DNA from: Torpedo marmorata
Lineage: Eukaryota
Assembly (NCBI GenBank): GCA_977017645.1
Contig: OZ360223.1
Location: forward strand, 80,662,001-80,726,000
DNA: 64,000 bases
Direction: 5' to 3'
A program made the position numbers and the translations under genes. Of this stretch, positions 36,923-47,553 are shown one piece after another. The notes beneath the pieces were generated by a model. That model was not told the DNA's origin. It made no database searches and was given only the letters and a program-made list of their open reading frames with translations. How positions within the stretch are numbered: position 1 is the stretch's first letter; the number at the start of each line of letters is the position of its first letter.

Positions 36923-39900
36923 TCAACCAGTAAACCTCAAATCCTCCTCAGACAAAATAGATACAGTTTTTCTTTTGAATTTAACACAAGGCACTTCTTC
37001 AGCACGTCGTTTCACTTTATTCCTTTCTTCAGTATTCCACTTCTCATGTGAAGAATTTAAACTCTTAGAATTAGAATATTTATCTGATCCTTTCGATTTT
37101 AAACAGGTCTGTTTAACCACTCTGGTTTCTATTGCTCTTTCCTGCAATTCTAAATCCAATTTTGCAACTTTCAATTCAGTCTCAGTTCTTTCTGAGAAAT
37201 TAATAATTTGATCTGAAGTTAAAATATCATGTGATACATTGATATTTCCATTGTCAATCCTGTTGCGACAAACTTGAAATTTTTTAATTTCTTCATCTTG
37301 TTTGTTACATATCTGCAATGCAATATCACATTCTTTCTGCATTGTTAATTGTTGAACATTCAATTTACATTCTTGATTGGTTTTTAAAGTCAACTGTTTT
37401 GTGTTATTAACCAATAACTTGTTCTCTTTCAAAACATTAATCTCTTCCTCCAACCTTTTACATTTTGATAATGCTGAATCTCTTTCCTCAATAACTGTAT
37501 TCATTTCTTCAGCAGTTATTCTTTTCTTCCGCTTTCTGACTTTGCGAGTTTTACTTACAATTAAATCTTTTTGTTTACTGTTTTCTTGATTATCTAATAT
37601 TTCCAATTCTCCTTTCAACATTTTATTCTCTGAATTCAATTGCATTAAATTATCATTCACATTATTCATTATTCCATCAGCACAATTTTCTGTGTTTTCC
37701 AGTTTTACATCACATTGCAATAATTCTTCATTAGCTTTGTCTGTTGTAATCTCTGAACTACAAAATCTACATTCAGATTTGTTTTCAGTCACTTGTTCTA
37801 TTCCTTTATTTGATTCAATTACACATGAATAATCAATAGTATTATTTGCAATATCTTCTAATACTTCACTTTCATCCATTTCTGACGAAATTGATTCCTT
37901 CAATGTTGTTTTAAATACCATTGATTTATTTTCACATTGATCTGTTTTCTTTTCTTCATAAGTAATTTTCTTATTCACGGTTTTTTGCTCTTCGCTTAAC
38001 TCTTCAACTTTCTCAACTGAAATTTTATTAATATTTATCGCTACCTGTTCCTGAGCAATATCATTATTTCTTTCCATTGGTCCATTGATTGCCCAACCAA
38101 GCATGGTTCTAATAGCGTAAGGTCCATTCCTTTTACTCTCTATTACTTCTTTTGGTACCAAAATCTTTGGCACATCTGAACCAATCAGCATTTCTATTTC
38201 AGAATTAATTTCAGGTAAATAAACCTTCCACAGATAAGCTAAATGATGAATATCACTTTGATGAGGAATATTTCCTTCGTTCACAGGCATAGTCTTCTGA
38301 GTATATACACTTGGAAGATCACAAAACCTTTTGTCATCCAATCCAGCAACCTCTAAGCCTGAAACAATGTTAGTTTCAACAACCTTTTCTTGTCCCATGG
38401 TTTTTAACATAATTCTTTATCTTTTTCCTTGAATATTAAGTTTATTCATTAGTCCTTCCGTGTAAAAAGATGCAGTGCTGCCTGGGTCTAGAAATGCATA
38501 TGTTTTTACTATTGCATCCCCTTTCTTGGCCTTGACTTGTACAGGTACTATTGAAAGTTTGCAGTTATTCACCCCGGCCCCAGTAAGACCACTTGTCTGA
38601 ACCGAGGTTATAACATTATTTTCTGTTGTTTCCTTTGTTTCTGTTTGCTCCTTTTCCAATTCCTTGTTTCTGTTATGGATATGCAAAATTCTAGGATGTT
38701 TCAAATTGCATATTTTACAATTAATTCGCTTCTCGCAGTTTTTACTGATGTGCCCTTTACACAGACAGCTAAAACATATTCCATTTTCCTTTAAGAAAGC
38801 GATCTTTTCCTTATGTTCCTTCTTTTCCAATCGTAAACACATTTCCAAAGCATGTCCACCTTTACAGAACAAACAACTCCTTTCATTAGGCAAACTTTCC
38901 TTTTCCTTATTTACTTTGTCATTTTCTTTACTTATAACTTGCACATTAGTAGCAAAAGTACTCCTTTTCACTTTCGGACTAGACTGTGAATTAGACTTTC
39001 TTACATCTTTGCCCATTGAATTATCTCTGGTATTTCCATATAGTGGATCCGTTTCAACATACACCTGTCGTTCAAGAAAATTTACCAAATCCTTTAAAGT
39101 AATTTTTCGACCGTAATTTACTTGTAAATCACAAGCCAAATTTCTCCATCTATCCCATACCTTGTAAGGTAATTTTTCTAAGATAATTCGCATATTACTA
39201 TGCACTTCAAGTTCACGAATATTATCGATTTCTTCCATAGCATTACAACATCCTCTTAAAAACAGAGTAAACTCTTGCAGAGCCTTTACATCATTTTGTT
39301 TTATTGATGTCCATTTAAGAGCTTTATCCATATAAGCTAAAGCAATTCGATGCTTGTTGCCAAAATATTGTTCCAATAAATCCTTAGCTTTGTCTAATCC
39401 TCTTCCTGAAGACATTTGTTTACAACTTTTAACCAGTTCTTTTGGATGTCCCTTTGTAAACATTTCCAAATAATAAAGACATTCATCACGATCTTGGCAT
39501 TTATCTTCAATATTGCGTTTGAAAGATCTCATAAATGATTGATATTGAAATGGATCACCATCAAAAGTTTGTATCTCTTTCTTGGGTAAAGAAGAGAGAG
39601 ACTGTAACTGAAACAATGATGCAGCAATTTCATTTTGTCTTTCCTTGGATGACAATACATTGCTCTGTTCACTGTCTCGTGTTGTAAGCAATGTATCTGG
39701 AAACCTTACTGGTGTAGTTTTTTCCATATTTCTGATGCTTGGCTTATATAACAAAGAATTTACTTCGTTCGATCGGACCCAAGCCGCAGCTTTGCTTTCA
39801 GATGTTACTAATGATACATGTGACTCGATACCAATATGCTCGTGAAAAGTTTGTCCTTGTATATGTAAGTTTTGTATCCTTGGTTCTAAAATATCTATCC

Positions 39901-40861
39901 TTTTGGTTGGTTTCTTTTCCTGTGACTCCTTTTTTAAATATGACCTTTTATTATCAGACAATTTAGATGATTTACTGCTAACACCAGATACCATTGAGCC
40001 TTCTATTGCTTTCTTTTCTGCCTTGGCAATAGCAATGTTTGCTTCCAGCTCCTGCAGTTCTTTTCTCTGTCTTAGCTGCTCCTTCTCTTGTCTTAGCTTC
40101 TCCTTTAGCTGCTCCTCCTTTTGTCTTAGCTGCTCCTTATTTTGTCTTAGCTGCTCCTCCTCTTGTCTTAGCCGCTCCTTTAGCTGCTTCTCATTTTGTC
40201 TTAGCTGCTCCTCCTCTTGTCTTAGCCGCTCCTTTAGCTGATTCTCATTTTGTCTTAGCTGCTCCTCCTCTTGTCTTAGCCGCTCCTTTAGCTGATTCTC
40301 ATTTTGTCTTAGCTGCTCCTCCTCTTGTTCTAAAATAAATTTATCCTTAAGCGTTTTTTGTTGTGCAAGAAGAGTGGCCAATTTAACATCAATCTTTGTA
40401 CGTGACGACGCAGAACTTGAAGTACGAGAAACTCTGGAGCTCGAACCAGAACTTCTTTTGCTTCTCCTGCTTTCAGCATTTGAGACACTGTCACTTGCTT
40501 GTATTTCGTCCTGCAGTTCATATGTTGTCTTCATACTTACCTCTTTATCCAATTCGAATTGTATATCCTTTGCATCTTCAACCAATTCAATTTCTTCCTC
40601 ATTTGGTGACACAATTTCAGCCATTTCCAAGTTATCTTCTTGTTCAAATAATGAAGCTGCCTCTTCATCCTTTGCCTGCTTCAATCTTTCGATAAGAGCC
40701 CTTTTATTTCCACTTATGTCCTTTTTCAGTCGCTTCAATTCTTCTTTAATATCCGCAACCTTCATGTCTTCAATACGTTGGTCCTCAACAGCAACATCAG
40801 CGGTTGCTGCGTCAGCTGCTGATAAATCAGTAGCTGCTGTATCAGTGGCTGCTGCGGCCAT
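36923..40861 (-). CDS. BEL copy 2 polyprotein (~1312 aa; single in-frame TAA at 38417): SAP, coiled coil, Gag, three Cys-His knuckles, aspartic protease, MIPOL1-like tail
   Basis: MKVADIKEELKRLKKDISGNKRALIERL (SAP-like); LPKKEIQTFDGDP (BEL Gag); CLFCKGGH, CFSCLCKGHISKNC, CKICNLKHPRILH; YAFLDPGSTAS; GPYAIRTMLGWAINGP; no RT motifs. Confidence 0.9.
40065..40330 (-). repeat. Coding tandem repeats (54-bp unit QEEEQLRQNENQLKERLR with 21/33-bp subunits) in BEL gag
   Basis: Repeated TTGTCTTAGCTGCTCC; a different unit arrangement occurs in copy 1 (about 24840-25100). Confidence 0.9.
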
Positions 40862-41940
40862 TTTACTCGTCTTGTTCCTCTTTCCTTCAAGCATACACAA
40901 CACTAGTCAAACAACAGTCCCCAATGGACCAGCGGCAGCAATTCCAATCTGTGTTCTTACTTGCTAAAGATACACAGAAGGAGTCCACAGACTTATGCCT
41001 ACCACTTCAAATGACTGTAATGTGTTGCAATCCACAAACGAGTTTCAACCACAACATCCGGCTCTAATATCACTGATTTTCCAAAAATGGTTTCTCCAAC
41101 GTATTTATAGGACACTTTACTATAAGATTTGAAGCTTTAAATCCCTCTCTGGCTGTTATTCATGGCAGATGGAAGTGGATTACAAACTGCCCCCAACTCG
41201 AGGCATCTCCAAAATGGCCACCAATTTATATCAGTCCAAAGCACCGAGAGTTTTTTCTATCTTCTTTCCTTCAAACTTCTGTTCCAAACAGCCAGCCCTT
41301 TATTGACTATAATTAACGGTGACTTCGCTCCACCAATAGTCACCTGGAGGCTAAGTGTGGTCCTTGCTTTTGACGCGTTTTAATTAATTTACTAACAAAG
41401 TCCAATATGTTCAAAACCTTTATTTTCACACATGACTTGCAGTAATCTTCAATGACTTTAATATAAACAGTTCTTGTAAACGATGTATGATGAGTTCCTT
41501 TAAATTATTCCTTAAACAATTCCAAAACGATATGAAACACTGTAGATGATGTTAAAGTTATAAAAACATTATAAAACGATATAAAACGGTCAATAAAGAT
41601 GTGGAGACCAGACTCACCCTCCTACATCTCTATCCTTTCTTTGTTCTCTCTCTCTAATGGCTCTGCGCATCCTACCCCGCGCATACTACAACTCCCAGCC
41701 TCCCACGCGCACAATGACGTCACTCCATACTGCGCATGCGCCCGTCGGCACTCCCGCGCATGCGCATATCAAAGAACGGGCCGACGGGCCACAGAACAAC
41801 GCAAGCGCTCCAAGGCCCGACGTGGCCTCGGAGCGCTCCGAGGACGGCCTGGCGAACAACGCGAGCGCTCCAAGGCCCGACCAGACATCGGAGCGCCGCA
41901 ACAACGGTAAGTTAAACGAGCCTACGGCTCTTACAAGGGT

Positions 41941-42670
41941 GATTAGTCAGATTGGATGCGAGTGACCAATGGTGCGGAATAGGAATTGGAGCTGGGGCTA
42001 CTGTTTATCATCCATAAACAATTTGGATGATAACTTAGCATGGTTAGCAATTGACAGTAGAGTGGACAGTGAAGAAAGTTTCTGAAGATTACATCAGGAT
42101 CTTGATAAACTGGGAAAGTGAGCCAAAGTATGGCAGATACAATTTAACTCTGACAAGTGAGAGATGTTCCACTTTGATAGGGTACACCAGGGCAGGACTT
42201 TCATGGTGAATGGTAGGATCCTGTGGCATGTTGGGCACAGAGCTGGGGTCCAGGGAGGGGTGGGGGAAGGGGTGGGTACAGGTCTATAGTTCCATGAAAG
42301 TGCAGTCACAGAGAAATAGAGTGGTGAAGATGGTGTTGGTACACTTGCCTTAAAGTCAGGGTACAGGAGCAGATGTCATGTTACAGCCATAAAAGACATT
42401 AGTGAGTCTGCACTTGGAGTATTGTGCTCAATTCTGTTCACCCAGATACATGAAAGATAGCATAAAGCTGGAAAGGGTGCAAAAAATATTTGCAGGAATG
42501 TAACTGGGTCTGGTGGGCTTGAATTGCAAGGAAGGGCTTAATAAACTGGGACTTTCCTGCATGGTGAAGGAGGGTTACAGAGGATATAGACAATTATAAA
42601 ATCATAAGAGGCATAGACAAGGTAACCAGTCAATCTTTTTCCCAGGACAGGGGAATCTAAAACAAGAGGA
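41941..42670 (+). mobile_element. Decayed CR1 RT fragment
   Basis: Degenerate QDLDKLGKWAKVWQ, LEYCAQF and IKLERVQK coding remnants. Confidence 0.7.
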
Positions 42671-42742
42671 TATATATATATTTTTTTTTAAAAAATCAAC
42701 AATTCAAAAATCATTTCAACTAAGCAGTTATTGTGCAGAATA

Positions 42743-43466
42743 CAGGCATACCCTGCATAACACGGTTAATACGTTCGAAGCAAGTTCAGTGCTATGGAAA
42801 ACCACACTGTTCAAAGCATTATTACAATGCACTTTAATGTAATACGTTCCAATCCTATAAAAGAGATATATAAAACTGATCTTCACAGGCAATAGATCTT
42901 TATTGGCAATAAGTGAACATCGTTTATTTAAGAAAATATTTGTCTAATGTAGATTTGCGTCAAATCGCCCACAAGATTTTCACCAAAGTTAGATCAGTAC
43001 CATCGCGGGATAGTGCAGGGAGCCCGATCACAGTGGGGACAGCAATAACTTTCAACACAGCCACTTAACTCTCTCTATTCCACAGCAAATTCCAGGGGTT
43101 CCCCTCCATACAAACTGGCGTTGTTCAGTGGTTGGAAACTCGCTGGTCTGCCACATCAGAGCAGAGGTGAAAAAAAACAGATTCTCATCGGTGTAAGGCA
43201 GCGTGCTGCGGGATAGTGCAGGGAGCCCGATCACAGTGGGGACAGCAATAACTATCAACACAGCCACTTAACTCTCTCTATTCCACAGCTCAGCACCTAT
43301 ATTTCAAATATTTTAAACTAGAGTCTTGCAAAGTATTATGAGGTGGTGTAAATAGCAACAACAATAAAACTTTAACATTGCAAATTTAAAATTGCGGATC
43401 AGAAATTTCAAACCGCGTTATGTCAAAACCCACGCTTTTTGAACCATGTTATACAGGGTATGCCTG
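42743..43466. mobile_element. Non-autonomous pogo/Tigger-type DNA transposon (MITE, 724 bp)
   Basis: 25-bp TIRs CAGGCATACCCTG(C/T)ATAACA(C/T)GGTT flanked by TA; internal 82-bp direct repeat at 43005-43086 and 43208-43289. Confidence 0.85.
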
Positions 43467-43977
43467 TACTGTGAAAAAAGAGGCAACATTGCAGCAAAGT
43501 AGAAACCTTTTAAAAATTGTGCATACATTCTTTTTATTCATTATTTATCTGCAAATACAGAATGCAATTGAAGAGCACATGAATTGTGCATCAAGGCAAA
43601 GAATAATGTAAATGTACATCGAGAAAACAGAAGTTGAACCTCAGTTTTGAAATTCAAATTTACATTTCTATGAAAGCTTTTCTTGCCCATAGAAAGCATG
43701 ACGTGTTATACAGATACCAGAAGGATATTAGTTTGTCAATCAAATTTGTATATTCAATGCCATGAACTCAGATAACTAGATGGATATTGATGGTCTTAAA
43801 GAGGAAAAATAGATTGAATATTCCTTCCCATGCAGAAAAACTGCATTAAAACATCAGGTAGCAATCCTACAATTTTAAACTACATGCTTTGATAAAAGTG
43901 AGTTTTTGTAAGAAATGTGCACATGCAAATATTGCAAATATGCAAATCATTTGTCAAATGGTGACAACCTCCCTTTT

Positions 43978-44055
43978 TGACCACTCTCCAACTTCGTGAC
44001 CACTCTCCAACTTCGTGACCACTCTCCAACTTCGTGACCACTCTCCAACTTCGTG
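43978..44055. repeat. 19-bp minisatellite x4
   Basis: TGACCACTCTCCAACTTCG, four perfect copies. Confidence 0.95.
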
Positions 44056-44751
44056 GTAACATACAAATTGTCAATTTTTCTTGTCTGCTCACAATGCATA
44101 AAAACCCAGCCATTTTCAGATTTTTTAGCCAGTAGGATTCACCGACAGATTAATTGTATTTTGAATTCATTGTCAAGAGACCCACAATATGTTGCATCCC
44201 ACTGTTTAAACTTTGCCATTCTCCATTATGACTCGCTGAATAAGGTGAATTCAACTGGCAGTGCAGTCAATGTCTTTTGTTGAATGCAGCCCTTTGAAAA
44301 ATAATTCAAACAAAAAGCATTGCAAATGAAGGCACTAATTCCAGAGGTATTAGCATGTTACTGCCATATTGTTCACTCACATCAACCAGTGAATCAAGGG
44401 AGCCAGATTTTTCAGCAAAGAATTATGCCATTTGTTTATTCAAAAAATGTTGAGAGTTAGACCCACCTTCTCCACACTGGTTCAAATCTTTCTGACTTGG
44501 TTGGGCTGTCACTTCCAATCATTTATGGAAGCAAATGAGTCTCATCACCAGCTGTGAAATTCACAGCTCAATTGCTGCATTGTATTGATTCTGTAATTTA
44601 ATGATGAAAGGGATCCATTTAAAAAAAAATTAAATGGAGAACACCCAAATGTGCTCGAAAAAAAACGTAGATAACAACTGAACATTAGGCCAGCTCCAGA
44701 ATACTGAGGCTTGCAGTTTTGCAGCATTTTCTCATCTTTAAATACACACAA

Positions 44752-44859
44752 TCAGTGAAAAATGTTCAGCTTTTGATTTTCTTCTTTCAAGGCCACATTT
44801 TCCTTTATCAGTTCTTCTCTGGCTACTAAGTGCTTAAGTACCACTTCACCAACTGCAAT
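44752..44859 (-). CDS. NEDD1-like gene, terminal coding exon (IAVGEVVLKHLVAREELIKENVALKEENQKLNIFH*)
   Basis: Acceptor TTGCTTATTTTCAG, phase 0, stop TGA; resembles the NEDD1 end (as recalled: NEMHSLLERYSVNEGLVAEIERLREENKRLRAHF*); candidate AATAAA at 44435-44440. Confidence 0.75.
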   Translation of the reverse strand: MAVGEVVLKHLVAREELIKENVALKEENQKLNIFH

Positions 44860-45139
44860 CTGAAAATAAGCAAATGGTACTCTGCATTATCAAATAACTG
44901 CTCAACGTTCCAGAGACCCCACTCAAGTCAGTCTGGTTCAATCATAATGACTGGTGGAATAAGCTGTCACAGCAGCTCATTGCACACAAATATCATTCTA
45001 AGAAATGGCTTTTATTTCAAATAATAATCCTGAAATGACAGAAAAACAAATAGAACTGGGGATTTTGCATAAATGTTATTCCTCTCAAATGAGAGGTCAT
45101 TCGCAAGCTTCAGCACATAGTTAATGCTCAGAGAATTTT

Positions 45140-47065
45140 CCAAAAGTTGGCAGATGGAATTTAATCCCTACAAATGCAAGATGATATGTTTGTTTTGGCA
45201 CAATATTTACAGTAAATGATAGGGCACTGAAGAACAGAGGGGCTTTGCGATTCACTCCCTAGTTACCCTGAAATTGGGAACACAGGTAGATGGGGTGATG
45301 AAGTAGGCATATGGCATGCTTGCTTTCATGGATCTGGGACAGAATATAAAATCTGGGACATCATGTGGCAACTTAACACATTGATTGGAGAACACTGAGT
45401 ATTAGGTGCAGTTCTGGTTGTCACACTTAGAAGGATGTGCTTGTGCTGGGGAGAGTGATGGAGAGATTCACCAGGATATTGCCTGGACCAGAGGACTTCA
45501 GTTACATGGTGAGATTGGATAAGATGGATCCATTTTCCCTGGAATGAAGGACACTGAAGGGTGACGTGAAAGAACTAAATATCATAACAGGTGTAGAAAG
45601 TCAAAAATCTTTATTTTCCTGTGGTTAAGGTATCAAAAACAAGAGAGCATTGTTTAAGTTTTTGAGGTGAAAAACAAAGATATCTGGAATTTACTGACAA
45701 GGGAGGTGGTAGAGTCAGATATAATTATTAGGTTTGAGAGACATTTAGACTGGCAGTTAAATTGACAAGGCACATCAGGATACAGACTGCACACAGGCAA
45801 ACAGGATGAGTATGGATTGTGTTACGAACTAACAAACCTTGCTAGTACTAACAAAGAAACAGCAATGGAATATGCACCAGACAATGGTAAATTCAAAAAT
45901 AGTTTTTATTTAAACTATTAATAACATAACATATCTTACTTATCTCTAAACTTAACTCTAACTTAAACCCCACTATGCGCAAATGTAAATGCGTGTGTGT
46001 TAAAGTCCAAACCAGTTCAGTTCAAACTTAATTCTGAAAAAGTCAATTTTCAAAGTCCAGTTTCCAACTTCTTTTGTTTTTCTTCAGGATCCCTTTAAAC
46101 TGTGATTCAGAAATTATCATAAAGCAAGAATGGAATATTCAATTTCTTTCAAACTCACACATCTTCTGATGAGTTGTCTTTCAGAGATAGTCTTCATACG
46201 AATGTTCACAAGGTTCCCCCTATCTTGTTAGGGTTACGGAACTGTAATCTTCAAAATGATTTCTTAATCAGGAGTAACATACGCTGATGTCCTCTTTTCT
46301 TAGAAACAATTTGAAAAGTGGTCTTACTTATTTTAAAAGCCACATCTGGTGTACCTCCTATGATAAGGATAATACACAGAACAGCACCTCCTCACTCAGA
46401 GATTCACTGTTCAGACTCAATTCTGCCTTTCCAGAATATTAAAGTTCTTCAAACTTTATATCTTCGTCTTACCGAAGCGTCAGAGCCTTCTCCAGTCTGG
46501 TTCCATTTGCTTCTAAATGTCTCTCTGCTTTCATTATATATTTCTGACATCATGTGACATTACATCACTACAACTTTAGTTTCATTTTCAGAAAGCATTA
46601 CCTCATGCCTTTCTTCAAAATCACTTACATCTGACCTCATCTCTGTTCCAATAGGTTTAAGTGATTACGACTCCGAATAGTCTGGCATATGTCACTCAAA
46701 TGGCACTTGAGTTTGCAACAGCTGCTATCATAAGGCTTTTAAAAACCACTTCAGTTTTTAAATCACTTAAATGTTCTTAAGCAACCACTTCAGATTTTAT
46801 GACTTTTGACTTTCACAGACGCATCGACTCCGAAAGACTCCCAGCTGCAATTTCTTTCTCTCAGTAATAGTTTTTTTCTGCAAATGTGCTGTGACCTGTG
46901 TGTGACCCTGTACCAGCCCACAACTAACCTTACTAAGATATCTAATTCTATAACTTAACTTTAAATATTAATATTAACATTAACACATTCGTCACAATTG
47001 GTAGCGTAGGTCAGCATGGATGTGGTGGGCCAAACGGCTGGTTTTCAAGCTGAACAACTCTATGA
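45140..47065 (+). mobile_element. Decayed CR1 3' part, interrupted by the solo LTR at 45820-46996
   Basis: KWQMEFNPYKCK-like remnant and VQFW motif; CR1 tail GGGCCAAACGGC at about 47025. Confidence 0.65.
45820..46996 (-). mobile_element. Solo LTR, copy A (1177 bp)
   Basis: TGTTACG...CGTCACA termini, 4-bp TSD ATTG; highly similar second copy at 55758-57064. Confidence 0.85.
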
Positions 47066-47074
47066 TGATTTGTA

Positions 47075-47553
47075 AAGGGCTTGTTGTTGTTGCTGTTCTT
47101 CCATTTCCACCTCCTCTTCCTCGCTGTCAGAGCTAGGGAGACCCGATTCCTCTTCTCCTGACGTTGTAGACTCAGCTGTGAGTTCTGACGTTCCGCGCAT
47201 GCGCGTTGCACTTCCGGGTTCTTCCTCAGCGCCATCTTTCCGATGTCGCAGGTGCGCACCGCCAGCAGAGGTCCCTGCCAGCGATCCACTCGCCTCGGGA
47301 TCGGTTTGTACGCTAGCTCCCTGCTGATGAGGCCTTGTATCCTTTCCAGTCTTCTCCTTACGTTGGGCTAGAGGTAAGGCTGCGGCTGTTTTTCTTTTTT
47401 TTCGGAGGCATTTGGAGTGTTTTTCTCGTGTTCAGATGTTTTTAAAAAAATTTTAAATTTTCTAAAACTTTGTTTATTTGATACTTTTTTTGAGATTCCC
47501 AGGAGGGTCAGGTTCCTACGTCCTAACCCTACGGCATCACGTGACGTCCCCCC
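47075..47553 (-). mobile_element. Probable 5' end of an L1 (5' UTR plus ORF1 N-terminus), lacking the rest
   Basis: Starts GGGGGGACGTCACGTGATG; ATG at 47411 (MPPKKK..., 1-nt slip in an A-run), then an open ~105-codon low-complexity frame ending SDSEEEEVEMEEQQQQQ; CpG-rich. Family assignment is from resemblance only. Confidence 0.55.

Larger units (their letters stand above)
35869..41935 (-). mobile_element. Non-autonomous BEL/Pao LTR element, copy 2 (3' LTR 35869-36498, 5' LTR 41308-41935)
   Basis: Near-identical LTRs; 5-bp TSD AGGGT (35864-35868, 41936-41940); inserted in a decayed CR1. Confidence 0.95.

Noticed and set aside
43978-44055. CRISPR-like appearance of short repeats (also 30412-30521)
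   Set aside because: Units are directly adjacent with no spacers, there are no cas genes, and the context is eukaryotic.
44467-44590. Exon-like segment with AG/GT boundaries downstream of the NEDD1-like stop
   Set aside because: Contains stops in the candidate frame and falls in the presumed 3' UTR.
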